This document shows positions 40,353-54,354 of a DNA stretch of 64,000 bases, in pieces; the first letter of the stretch is position 1, and each line of letters begins with the position of its first letter. The notes beneath the pieces were generated by a model. That model worked only from the letters and a program-made list of their open reading frames with translations, was not told the origin of the DNA and made no database searches. The position numbers were made by a program, and so were the translations under genes. Source of the stretch: Vicugna vicugna (lineage: Eukaryota); contig MU058781.1 in assembly GCA_013265495.1 (NCBI GenBank), forward strand, positions 1,592,963 through 1,656,962, written 5' to 3'.

Positions 40353-40700
40353 ATGTATTGGTTTCCTTGGGCTGCTGTCACATAGTGCCACAAACTGTAT
40401 GTTTAAGTCAGAGAAGCTTACTGTCTCACAGTACTGGAGGCTGGACATCTGAAAGCAGGGTGAAGGTAGGGCCAGCTCTCTCCAAAGGCTCTCCGGGAGG
40501 ATCTGTTCCCTGACTTCTCTTAGCTTCTGGCGTTGTGGGCGATCCTTGGCTGTACCACTGCAGCCTCTGTCCCCATCATAACACAACATTCTCCCCATGT
40601 GTCTTCTCACGTCTTCCCCGTGTGTATCCCCCTCTGAGTTTCTTCTCTTATAAGGACACTAGTCATCTGGGAGTGTGGCCCACCCTAATGACCTCATCTT
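40353..40700. mobile_element. MaLR (MLT1-type) LTR fragment
   Basis: tgtattggtttccttgggctgctgt.aca...tctcacagtactggaggctgg...tcttataaggacac...accctaatgacctcat. Confidence 0.75.
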
Positions 40701-41741
40701 TACTTTTCTCCATAGTAATGTACCACCATATGATATTCAAATATTCTTGTTTTTATTGGAGTATAATATACACACAGAAAAATGCACAAGACCTAGGAGC
40801 ACAGCTTGGTGAATTTTCACAAATAGAAGGTACCCATGGACCCAGCACCCAGATCAAGAAACTGCATGTTACCAGCATCCCAGACGGCCCTCTCCTGCAC
40901 CCTTCCAGCCACTGCTGCCCCCACCCCCACCACATAACTGCTGTCCTGACTTTCAACAGCACAGATCAGCTCTATTTTTGCACTTTATGTAATGGAATCA
41001 CATAATATGTGTTCTTTTTCTGTTTAGCCCCTTGTTCTTTTTTTTTCAGTTTTATTAGGTAAAATTGTTAGTTTGACTACACATATACAATAGATTGCAT
41101 GTAAATACATATATACAATATGCTGCACATATTTTTAAAATTTACATATATATACTGTTCATTGTTTCTAGAATAGTTTAGAGCTTTAGCTTTTCAAACT
41201 TACATAGTTACCAGAGGATAGCCTCTTGTTCTTGACATTGTATCTGTGAGATTCATTCATACTGTTTACGCAGTTGTAGGTCTTTCATTCTCATTGCTGT
41301 AAAGCAGTCCACTGGGTGAATATATTGTGCCCTGGGTGATGGATATCTGGGTAGTTTGCAATCTGGGACTATTACATCTGTCTTTTTGTTGATAACTCGC
41401 GATATTTTTAATTTGTGTATTGGCTGTCATGGAAGCAGCACGAGGCAGAGATTTTTTGTTTCGTTCACTTCTTTGTTCCCAGTGCCAAAAATAGTATCCA
41501 GCAGATAACAGGTATTCAGTAAATATTTGTTAAATGAATGGATGGATGAATGACATCTTTTTCCCTTCTCTTATTTCCTGTATCAGAATAGTCATGACCC
41601 AGTCTTTCTCTTTCCAAAGAATGCAACATTCAGTTCTAAACTTTGTTTTAAATACTCAGTGTGGAACCTCCAGAAAGATATGTAACAACCCACTGTAGGA
41701 AAACTTCAGTCTGCCTCTGGACAACTGCATAAAGCTACTTA

Positions 41742-42011
<270 letters not shown>

Positions 42012-44580
42012 CTACCAAGTGATGGGAGGCAGGGCTTTCAAAATAATTGTGTCAAGGAAATTCATACAGTATATATGGTCATTAAAAAAACTATCTACAT
42101 GTGTATTTCTTTCTCTCTTTCTTTTTTTGATAATCATTTTGTTTTTATTTTGTCAGAATTACCAGCGCAAACTTTTTTCTTCTTTTTTTGCTGGGGTTGG
42201 GGGGTACTCATTTGCAATTACAGCTGTGTATCCACATGCATTTCTATTTGTGGATCCAGTAAGCTCAGGCACTGGGTTAGACACTGCCACGTTATTATTA
42301 TCCCCATTAATTTGCACAACAGCCTTTAGGAGGTATTATGATCACGAGTGTGTGAGGCCTGGAGAGACACAGTTGAATGAAAGCCCGAGGAAGGCTGCGT
42401 ACAGGCGGAGGTCAGAGCAGCCAGTCCTACCACTGCTCTGTCTCGCTGCAGTTTAACATGCGACTCCCTGAGAGTAATCACTTATTTTAGAAGTCCGTTA
42501 AACCCAAGTGGAATGCCACACATTTGAATCAATTCCTTCGTTTAAAATTGTTTTATTTAACAGCTCATTTCTCCCCTGGTAGCCACTTTATAGAAAAACC
42601 CAATAATGACAATGCTTGTTTACCAAGTAAACGTATAAAATAAATGGCTAGCCTCGGAAGCTACAGGGCAGCCTGCTGAAAAGAAGGCAGAAAGCCCTCC
42701 TTGCAGACGTGAGGGGGGTATCAAGCGCACGAGTTGTACACAGACGGCTTGTGTCCTAGTGACCTTGCTGGGTGGAGCATTGAGAGCGAGCCTGGTCATC
42801 AGTTGTAAGAGGTCATCGCGAGAGGGTTTTTCATGTCGCTCTGGGCCAGGAGGACTTTCTAAGCCTACACTTTTTTAATCCCTTCAAAGCCAGTGTGGGC
42901 TCTCTGTGGCATCTACAGCAGTTCTGGACTCCCTTTATCTTGTATTCCTTACTCCAAATAGCTCCTGTGATCCATTTCACTTACTTCCAAGAGAAACACA
43001 CTGCACTTTCATAATATGAAGACAGGAATGGAGAGCACATGTGATGGTAAAGTGACATTAATCCATGAAATCTTAGAGAATGAAACCACAGTTGAGGTTT
43101 TCCCTATCCTCACTAATATAAATACATTTTTAACTTGATCCTATTTTACCTAAAATATTAGTCCAATATTTTGACAGTTAACTATTTTTAAAATACCTAT
43201 TTTCTCACAGGATTACATCTGAGATGTTTATTAACTATGGCAAAAATAATTTAGCTTTTTTAAAAGTGTCTGTTGTTCTTGGAGTCTGGTTTCTTAATCA
43301 CTATGTAGACAATTTTACAGCCGAGTCTAGATTACTCATACGTTATTTACTTTCAGCAACAATTTTTAAATCCCAAGCTAATTTCTTTCTTCAGTCCTAA
43401 TGCTCTGAAGTTCCTGAAGTTATATCTGAGGAATCTAAACCACCTTTATTCCTAGCCTAAAAACCATCAATGAAACACAAAGCTCTTTCCAAAAATCAAA
43501 GAATTCATGAGGCTTTTGATTTTCCACATCACACTTGCTTAAGTTAGCATAAATTAATGCAGGCAAATATCAAGTTACCATGCTGACCAGAGTTTAAAAA
43601 TGGGTTGAGGGTCAGGAACCCATTTGGAACAATTAAAGTAGCATATATCCTTTATTTTCTGTGTAATTAATAAATGACTGACTTTTGCGAATGGACTGTA
43701 GTATATTATCATGAGCTTTAGCTTTTAAAGACCTTAATAGTTTATATAAGACAAAAAAAGCTGAGGATTCAGGAATGCTCTTACAATGTTCATATGGAAT
43801 TCTACATAACATTTTTAGAAAGTAAATTATTTCCTGTAGCAGTTAAGAGAGAAGGGAGAAAAGAAAATATAAAACAGAGGAGGAAACATGAAAGGAGACT
43901 GATGATGGTGATTTTTGAATGCCTGTGCTCAGAATGCAGCAACAGAATGGCATAAACTTCTCTGATTTAATATCTAAACATCTAGTGATTCTAAACAGTC
44001 ATTAAAATTTTTCATAATAATCATACTAACTTTTCAGACAAGTTATTTTGGTTTGATGTGCCAAAAATTATAAATTAAGATTATATAAATAAGAAATTCA
44101 TAAAAATAAGCACTTGATTTAATTTTCAAAGTACAGAAACGACTAAATGTAAATACTAAGGAAAACTAGGAAATACCACAGCACGTGTGCTTTCAACGAT
44201 TTAAATGTTAGTAACTGGTAGATCCAAGCACGACAGACCGGAGCATTTCAGTCTTTTCCAAAAGAGGGGTCTTATTTATTTATTTTTCATTTCCGTGTAA
44301 AATTAGGGGGAATGAGATTGCAGGGTGGGTTTATGATGACTGAGACTCAAGGCTGATGATCAGTCTGTTAAAAAAATTCTGCTACAGAGGAATATAGTTA
44401 TAGATTATTGAAATTCTATTTTATATAGAATTGTAGAAATTGTAAATTTTTAAAATAAAAATGTCAGTGAGTAGGCATATACTCCAAACTTGTAGTTATC
44501 CACTGTAATATTATTTAACAGTTTATATACAATCCCTATGCATGACCTTGACAATAAAGAGGCAGGGAACAGACACCTAC

Positions 44581-44660
44581 CATGTTTATGGATAAATGCC
44601 AGCCCTTGCAATATTTGGTACATAATATTTCTGATGACTGACTCAGGGAACAACTTGTTT
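44581..44660 (-). CDS. MAK: MAK coding exon 4: [26 protein letters not shown]
   Basis: ttaacag| acceptor, G|gtaggt donor, 80 nt. Confidence 0.97.
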
Positions 44661-45054
44661 CTGTTAAGAAATGAACAAATAAACAGTCACATGACTCTGT
44701 TAACCAACTGACTAACCAACCAACACAAACAAGAAGGCAGATGTTCCTCCTTCCTTGGAGCCCCATTGGCCTCATGATACTTGCTAAAGGCATGATTTAT
44801 AGTTTATAAAAATATTAAAGGTTATAAATTTAAAATGTGAAAATTAGAATATTTTTAATACTTGGTAAAAACTCAAATCCAATACTAAATGTCCTGCACA
44901 AATATTCAGTAGCTAAATTGTAAAGTGTCCCAAAAGGAGCAAAGTAAATTGGAAAATTGATAGCCATCACATAAGCCAAGTGTATTTAAATCTGTATTCT
45001 GTAGGCTTTAAGAGTTTCAGAGGCATAACTGCTTTAGTTCTAGACTGCATATTG

Positions 45055-45366
45055 GTACTGTCCAATAGAAATTTAAGAGCCACAAATGAGAACCACTTAT
45101 GTATTTAAATTTTTTCCAGTAGCTGTATTAAGAAAAGCAAATAAAACAGGTGAAATTAATTTTCTTTAACATAATATATACCAAATACTGTTTCAACATG
45201 TAATTAATATAAAAAATTATTAATGAATTTACATTCCTTTTTTGTATCAAGTTTTCAAAATCTGGTGTACAATTTATTTTACATTTACAGCACAGACCCA
45301 GACTAGCCACATTTTAAGAGCTCAATAGCCACATGTGACCAGTAGCTACTGTACTGGACAGTGCAG
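45055..45366. mobile_element. MER33/MER3-like hAT-Charlie fossil
   Basis: Inverted ends actgtccaatag...ctgtactggacagtgcag; ctcaatagccacatgtg core. Confidence 0.7.
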
Positions 45367-46581
45367 TTTTATATGGCAATTATAAAAAGCCTAAAGTAAG
45401 ATCCTAATTAGTGCCAAATAAAGGCTGAAAAATATTAATCACTAGCATACCACAAATTAATGTGATCAACACCTTAATTCTTTGACCCTGAAATCATGCT
45501 GTGTTTTGAAAGTAATTGTTTTAAGCATTTAAACTTTATCATAATTTCAACATTTTCTAACGTCTTTATTTCAGCATGATTGACTGGATTACCTTAGAGT
45601 GTTCTCAACATATGGAAAATGGCCTGTTTTTCAACATTATACTGTTAACTGTATTATATACTTATATAATGTTCTAAAATGTCCCACCAAATAGGCTAGA
45701 AACAAACAATAGAGAAAGATAAACGCTGATCTTTAAACAAATTTGAAAATAGTATTGATTATGATCAAAACATTTTAAAAACTCACTTTCATAAACTATA
45801 AAATAAATTTTAAAAAAAGAAAAATATTTTTATCCTTGCCAACAGTTTAAATTTGTAAAAAGAATGCTATATATTGAAGGTACAGTTATAGTATTGGTGA
45901 AGGTTTTGTACATTGGTCTTCAGTTGAAATGGAAAAGAAGTTTACTTGAATAAAAAAGATCTGTAAATTAATCTTGATCCTTAAAAACTCAAAACACTGA
46001 AAAAGTATTTCAGTAAGTTAAGCTGCCAAAAACAAAGTGTAAAAACACCACCTAACCTCAGATAGCCCTTTATCATGTACAGTTGTTAATGGTTTAATTT
46101 ATACTTTTGACATTGAATAATATTCTAACAATGTCACTTTTATTTCCATTTAATTTAGATATCCAGAATTGAATCATGAAATTCCAAAGTTGATTCTTTT
46201 TAGTGTTCATTTGCAATTGCATTAAGTGCGACTGCACTTCCACCAACAGGTTTATAGATATTTTTAAAATCAGACAACTATATTTCAACATCATGCCTAT
46301 TTTTATCATTTTGTGTATTTTAAAGAGCCATAAGTTATCAGAAGCCAAAAAGATTACCCATAATCACACCACCTGATAAAGATTTTGATTTTTCAGTATT
46401 CTAACCCAGTCCTAATCCATTTGTGTGTATAACTTTTATAGTAGGTATCAATGTTACATAAATACAATTTTGGTTTCTGTTTTTTGTCCACTTGTAAGGA
46501 TTTTCATAATCTTCATAATGATCACTTTTAATGGCTACAAAATAATTACATCAGCATTATACACTATGATTCCCAACATAC

Positions 46582-46690
46582 TTTTTTTTTTAATTGAAGT
46601 ATAGTCAGTTTACAATGCTGTGTCAGTTTCTGGTGTACAGCATAATAGTTCAGTCATACGTATACATACATATATTCATTTTCATATTCT
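46582..46690 (-). mobile_element. Young L1 3' end, antisense
   Basis: T-run + aattgaagtatagtcagtttacaatg..gtgtcagtttctggtgtacagcataat, the reverse complement of the 36.8-kb copy. Confidence 0.75.
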
Positions 46691-47747
46691 GATAGTTATT
46701 TCTTTTAAATAGTTCAAAGAGATAAGTGAAGCTTGGTACAGTCATTTAATAGAACATGCTAGCTCTGTTAACTATGAAGATTATGTACCAGCATTTTAAA
46801 AAAGCCTGTAATGAACAAATTAAATTAAAAAAATATATCATCACTAAAATTACAACAACATAAAAAGCATGCATGCCTATACACAGGGGCTAGAAAGAAC
46901 TTTGGAAAAATAAACAGTGATTCGAGAGGTAGAAATTTTCTTCACTTTTAGTTTAACTGCTATTATTTTCTTAATGATAACAGCCTCCTGGAACATAACA
47001 GACATTCAATAAGTATTTTTTGAAAGAAGGAAAAATACTAAAATTTACTCACCATCCTTAGAACCTGAGTGAGTGAGTGTGTGTATGAAAGAAATACAGA
47101 GAGAAATCAACATCATTCTATTGGGAAATTCATTTCTAAAGTATTCTGGATCTTCTGCTGAACAACTCTGGCTTTAAAAGCAGGTAAAATGGACATTAAT
47201 TCCCCAGATGTGACCAGCAGCCACCACCAAAATATTATCCTCTCCAAGCTCATGGCAGATGACTGAAGCTCTCCTTCGTTAGAGATTCTGTTCACATGTT
47301 TAAAAATTAAAATGAGAATTTCCCTGGGATTGGCTAACACATTTTTATCGTTCACTTAAGCATTCTAATGAATGAGTTTATTAGGTCCTTTCTTGGAAAC
47401 TCCTTTTCTTGCCCCCATTCTCTCATTAACCTTTCACAAGATGCTTGGGAGAACAAGGAAGAGAATTTTCTCAGTTTTGCCCAGGGTCAGCTTTATTACT
47501 GAGTATTAAACTACAGATAGACTTTTGTTTCAAAAAGTATAGATAGTGTGTTTATATGAAATATTTATCTTGACTTTTAAGAGATTACAACAGAAAAATG
47601 ATGGTTCTTCAATGTTAGATATTGTCCTTTGATAAAGATAATTTAAAGCTACCTCTTGGAGTGATAAATCTGTATACTGTAAAGTGTGACATATTGACAG
47701 GACCAAGGGACTTATGGAGGAGATAATAAGGAAAAAATTAGTTTTCA

Positions 47748-47915
<168 letters not shown>

Positions 47916-48546
47916 TTAAAGTTACAGAAGTTGGCAAAAGCTCATGAATGCTAGGTGTGACAATTACCTTAAGTAATTTTCCATTTCTTCTAAATGTATT
48001 AATGAATTGTTTTAATACCTCTAATATCTTACATGTCTAAAAACATCTTAGACAACCTATTTAAAGCATGCAGTAATTGTTTTAAGTAATGAATGTAAGT
48101 GCAAAATTAAACTGGGTCAGCAGTAGCTACCAAACATTTCAGTCTGTCACTTTTTTTTTCTTGGTCATTAAATAGGTTTAACTTTTTTCTGACTTAACCA
48201 TGTGAAATTCCATGCAAAGTCACCAAAAATGTACCCAAGTTATACAGCATAAAATATAATGAAGTTGTACACAGTAATTATTTCCTTTGATAACATAAAT
48301 TTAAATGCCTTTTTAAAAGTGAGAGTGTATTTTCAAATATGAGGATATAGTTATTTTCTGTTCTCCACTGACATGAGAAATGAGAAATTACTTTAGGAAG
48401 ATAGAGGGGGAGAAAAAGAAATATAATTATCTTTGGACTGCTTCCCATGGAACAGAACAGTCTCCTTGGCCACGGTCCTCAGAGACGAGAGAGGTGTGAG
48501 GTGGACCTAAAGCCCTCTCAGGTTCTTCTCATCTCTAGGGTTTTAC

Positions 48547-48601
48547 CTTAACTTCTCTCAAGTTCATGCACTCATCCCAAGAATAGAACTTTCTCTTCAT
48601 T
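48547..48601 (-). CDS. MAK: MAK coding exon 2: MKRKFYSWDECMNLREVK
   Basis: atttcag| acceptor, AAG|gtaaaa donor, 55 nt; alphaC LRE. Confidence 0.96.
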
Positions 48602-51600
48602 CTGAAATTTAAAACAAGAAAAGTTTAGTGTCTGAGGACTAAGGATTTGAAGACACACATGACACCACTAGGCTCTCTTACTCTGTTGTTCGTTCACCTT
48701 GGGCCAGCAATACCTCCCTTCCTTCCTCCTGAAAAGAAGGTCACCTTGCTTCTGCACATCTCACGGCCGTTTGGTACAGGTTCATGACTGTCACATCTTG
48801 GACAAACTACCTAACGACCCCTCTGTGCCGCACATTCCTAACCTATAGAGTAGCTACTATTTACTGCACCAGAAAAGTTTAATGTCAACTGCTCAGTTCA
48901 GCAGTCTGATAAATACTTCATGTTCTTATTTTCATCTGTGTCTGCGGTCGGCTGCAGTAAGATATTAGGGGCATCACTGCAGTTACTTCTAAAACACCCT
49001 TTGTGAATCAAAATTTCACTTATCCTCACTCAGGTGCTGGAAATTTATGAAGGAGCTTGAAGAAATTGAGGGCCTACTGACTTATCAAAAGATACTTTTC
49101 AGTACTATAGATTTATAAATGTTTTGCTAAAATGATAAAGGTAAATCTAGCACAGCGGTCAATTTTTAAATGAATGTTCAATAAAACAGAAGTCGAATAC
49201 AATGTAAAAGTATTTTAATAAACATCCAGAACTGTGCATCTAATCTCTGTGATTCTTAGTAACTATAGAATTTTTAATCTAATTTTTTAGAGGCTAGATA
49301 ATCAAGTTCTTTTTCAAAATTTTAGTACAAATGGAAACTTTTATTCTTCTTGAAAATCTCTACTGGCTGCATCCACATAGAGTAATATGCTGCTTTCTTT
49401 TCACAACCACTACTACTCACCAATACTACCCTAAGGTGATGCGCATATCTACAGGCAACAAATACAGACATGTCCTTACAAAACATGATCCCAGTGTCTT
49501 AGACCAATTTAAAGAAATTAATTTAATTGGAAGAAATTAAACCAGTTTTTTAAAATTCTTTGGAGATTCCCTGCCACCTTCTCTTTCATTTATTCATTCA
49601 TCCAGCGCCTACTCCGTGCCAGGGCAATGAAATCAGAGACGGCGACCATGGCACTTCCCGTCTGACAGGAAACAGACCTTAGAAGGTTAACACAAAACAG
49701 TACAAGTTAAGTATAAGGACCAGGAGATAAGGGCGTCTTTTAAACCACTGAAGGGCCAGGCCTCAGGCCTTTGTGATGAGGCAGTATTTCTGCAATTGAG
49801 AATGGAGAATAAGGGGTCTAACATCTGTGATTTTCAGGTAAAGTTTATTCCTTTGCATCAGGCTTGAGAGAAATAGCCTTCTGTGTGACTCGTAGGCGAC
49901 ATGAGGTCAAAAATTATCCTAAGATTCTGTCTTGTCTAGAACCTTAAGGAGTAATGGCTGTAGTGACCATTCATACTGATAATCTTGTTGGTAGCTTGGC
50001 TTCACAGTTCCTTAACTCCAAAAAGGTGTTGCCCTCTATCCTACTGTAGTCCCCCATAATTACCGTGATACCTTGGGGAATGGTTCTACTCTCTTAAGAC
50101 TCTAAACTCTCACCACATGCTCCTTTCCTTCCACCATCATTACTACTGCATTTGCTGTTTACATACACTTGTTCAGCTTTTGGCTTTGCCTCCTCATCCA
50201 AGTGCCTCATGTCCCTTCTCTGCCCCGTTAATAACCGACACTCTAGCCATCTCCTCTTCCGGCTCCTCAGCCCCAGTCCAGCCTTCACATGCTCTCTCCT
50301 GCCTCCAGGCCTTCATACATATTATTCCTACAGCCTGGAACATTCTTCCCCCTCCTCTTTTTCTTGATAATTTTTTTCTCATTCTTAGGGTCTCATTTTC
50401 TATGAGAAGCCTTCCATACTTCTCCAGCATCCTCCATCACGGGACTTAATTATATTTTGTGCTGTAACTTTTCTAATTTGTTGGTCTCTTATAACTCATC
50501 TATCTCATCCCCATTTTGTCCTGAGCAACCAAGTGGAGTGGCTTAACAATTATGTGTTGAGTGAATTTTTAAACTTCAGGCCTTCCACACTGCCCCTTCT
50601 CTCCTCATTCATTTCTGCTCTGTCCTTACACTAAAGGCAGGAACGCCGTGTGGCACGCAGTGAATACTGAATGTGGCAGACACTATGAGTTGACTGTCCG
50701 AGGGCCACTCTTCTCTTCTTCACCAACATAGCTTGGTTTGAACACAGAGATACAGAATGCCAAGCTAAGAACTCAGTTTCGCAGCTTCCCTATAGCTAGG
50801 TGTGCCACGTGACACACTCCTGGCCAGTGAGAAGTAACCAGAAGTCCTCCGGATAGGGGCGTAGGAAAGCTTTTGCTTTCCTAATTAAAAGAGAGTCCAG
50901 TAACTGACTGCTTCAGCGCTCCCTCCTTTCTTCTTGCCTGGAGCTCATCCTCAAGGCCTGGAGCCGCTGCAGGTATTTTTTAAAGACAGAAGAAGCAAAG
51001 TCCACGATAACATCAGTAAGACAGGCACGAGCCCCGGGCTGCCTGCCTCAAAACTTTTTATTATGTCAGACAATAAATCCCCATTTAGTTTACTTTTGGT
51101 TAGCTTTTTAGTTTCATACACCAAAAGCATTCCTAAGTTATACACGTATGCCCTCTTCTCAGCCCTCAATCTGTTTGACTTCTTACAGTATTTGACCTCT
51201 CTCTTCTCTCAGGGTTTTACCTAGCTCTGTGCAGGTGAGGCCCAGTTCCCCATTTTATGAAACTGAAGACTAAAACTAACGCCTGATCTTGCCACCCGGA
51301 AGGAATAATGAACATTTTGTTATATAAAACAAAACAATGATAATAACCTTAAATGAGACCATGAGACACAACTCTCATTCTCATCTTCTTACCCCCCCCA
51401 GAAGCCACATAAAATTCATGAATTTTATGTAAATCTTTCCAGTCTTTTAAAGATATTTTTACATATAAATTTATGTGTAGTGAAGTATTTATTTGTGTGA
51501 ATTTATATAATCATTTAACCTATAAATAAGGATGATTTCATCTCATTTTGGCAAATACTTGTACCTCATTTATTATTATTTTTTTCTCTTACTGCATTAG

Positions 51601-51894
51601 ATAGGGTTTCCAGTGCAGTCTTGATCAATAGGGGATTTGGCAGGCATTCTGGTCTTAAAACCAGTTTTATGGGAAGTACTATAATAGTTCACTTTATCAG
51701 GTCAGGGTAGTTTCTTTTTATTCCTACTTTTCGTCTCAGTTCTTGTACATTGAACATTTACCTATTTGATAATAATGGCAATTAGACAGTATTTTGTAAA
51801 AGTATTTCCTTATATACATAATGTTCTCTATCCTGATGTAAAGTTTTTAACATTTGATAAACATTTGTTAAAGCATTTAAAGTGCAGAGTGTCA

Positions 51895-52910
51895 TTATTT
51901 GGTTGAGTGTGGTAACCAGTTTCCAGGACTTGTTCTGCTGGAAGCCAACTGCCGTGTCATGACAGTCAAGCAACCATCTGTAGAGGCCCATGTGAAAAGA
52001 AGTTGAGGCCTCTTTTTGTTCTTATAAAAGGAGGAAATTTAGGCACAGAAATATGCATTGAGGGAAGTTGATACGGGAGAGGTACAGAGGAAAAAATCGC
52101 CATCTACATATAATCCAAGGAGAAAGGCCTAGAATAGATCCTCTCCTCACAGCCCTCAGAAAGAACCAACCTTCCTGACACCTTGATTTTAGACTTACAG
52201 CCTCCAGAATTATGTCAGTAAATCTCTGTGGTTTAAGCCGCCCAGTCTGTGGCTTAAACTTTGTTACAGAACCTAGTATTTGCCAAAGTGTGTTCCCCCA
52301 AATGAATATGTTGACGTCATAACCTCCTAGTACCTCAGAGTGTGACTGTATTTGGAGATAGACTTTAAAGAGGTAATTAAGGTTAAATGAAGTCTTTAGG
52401 GCGGGTCCTAATCCGATAGGACTAATGTCCTTGTAAGAAGAGGAGATCAGGACACAGACAGACACAGAGGGAAGATCATGCGAAGACACTGAGAGAATAC
52501 AGCTGTCTACAAGCCAAGGAGAGAGGCCTTACCTGAAACCAACCCTGACGCAGACTTCTAGCCTCCAGAAGACAGGGATGGATGTGGATGAGGGGTGGGC
52601 ATGGGACAGGGGGGTGGAAAGGGGTGGGATGGGGGATGGGCAGTCTGTGGCCCTCTGGTATAGCAGCCCTAGCAAGCAGATACAGTGAACCACCTTAGAA
52701 GAGGATGCTCCAGCCACGGTCCAGCCTGCTGATGACTGCAACCTTGGCTGGCATCTGATTGCCACTCAGGAGAGACCTGGACCCAGAACCACAGCTAAGC
52801 TACTCTTAAATTTCCTGACCCACAGAAACAGAATTAATAAATGTTTATTCTTGTTTTAAATCACTAAGCTTTGGAGTAATTTTTTTCCATATGATAGATA
52901 TCAAATACAG
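51895..52910. mobile_element. Cluster of nested/tandem MLT1-type LTR pieces
   Basis: Two similar segments (52021-52270 and ~52290-52685, both with cagacttnnagcctccagaa...cagtctgtgg) inside an older MLT-like shell. Confidence 0.7.
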
Positions 52911-53347
52911 TAGATAAAAGAAATAATTAAGTTAATAATAATTAATTCTATTTCATTGGTAAGCTCAGGAAAATACCATATGCCATTCAGAACTCAATTT
53001 GGTATTATGAATACCATCTGATTTCGAGGCCTGTTGTTTAAAAAAAAAAAGCACTCTTTACTCAACTTTCAAGTCTGAAATAATTCCATCCATTACCTTC
53101 AGAATTTCAGTTCAAATGTATTCTGTGTAAAAAGCAGAGCCCTTCTATTTTTTTATTTGTCAAGCTAGCTGGACAAACTAGAAAATTAAAATAATACCCA
53201 CGGGGGTCAGCAGAGCTCCTTCTTAGCCACGGTTTCTCTAGAATGGCCTTCCACATCATTAGCCTAACAAGCTCGGGGTCTAAACCAGACTTCTCTCCGT
53301 GCATATGTATCTTCTCAAGCAAGCGAGCAAAAGAAAGATGGGTTTCA

Positions 53348-53551
<204 letters not shown>

Positions 53552-54073
53552 TTATTTGTATTCTGTTTTGCCCTTGGACTGTTGTTGCTACACTGGTGAC
53601 ACGTTTATCATCATTAAACACAGGCTCTTCCCCAGATTATGTAGGTTCATAAGATATAGCAATAAGCAATCTGGCAAGGAAACAATATTTCCATCCTTAT
53701 GAACACCCTGTAAAAAAAGCGAAACAAGAAGAAGAGGAATTTTCATTCAAAAATCTCTTCAAAAAATTTCCTGGTAACCTACAGCACAGGGAAAATTATA
53801 ACCAATATAAATACCAAGATGTTACGCTTGTGTCAGTAAATCAACTGCTTGTGGAATGATGTTCACATAGAGAAGACTGATGGTACTTCCTGGTGAATGC
53901 TTCATTTACACCCACCATGCTACTCATCCCATGAATGTTCAATAAATACTGGCTCAGTGATTGGTATGATCCCTTTTTTTACTGAATATAATCTACATTT
54001 GTCCAAATCAGACTTTGGAAAATCAGACTCTCTACTATACCCATTCATGAATCAATTTTGGTATCGTATTTAA

Positions 54074-54354
54074 TTTGGACCACAATCTCTCATGTAAAAT
54101 TCCTGGGCCAGATGCGTTGGAATCCAGGGATTTGAATATTTTAGAAAAGTAACACGGTACATAACACCTCCCAAGCAGCATCTTAATGTACCTGCAGAAA
54201 AATGTATGAAAAGGACACGAAGTTAAAATAAATGAAGACTCTAAATGGCCTCATGTCACTTCAGGTCATGCTTTGTTGCAAATGAGTTTGCACAAATTAA
54301 TTTTTAAAAATTCATCTTTTAGTGCTTTCCCACAGAACGGGGATTGTGGATCTG
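54074..54354. mobile_element. Possible TcMar/Tigger-type MITE
   Basis: Inverted terminal words ccacaatc (54080-54087) and gattgtgg (54342-54349), TA at the right end; family assignment tentative. Confidence 0.45.
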
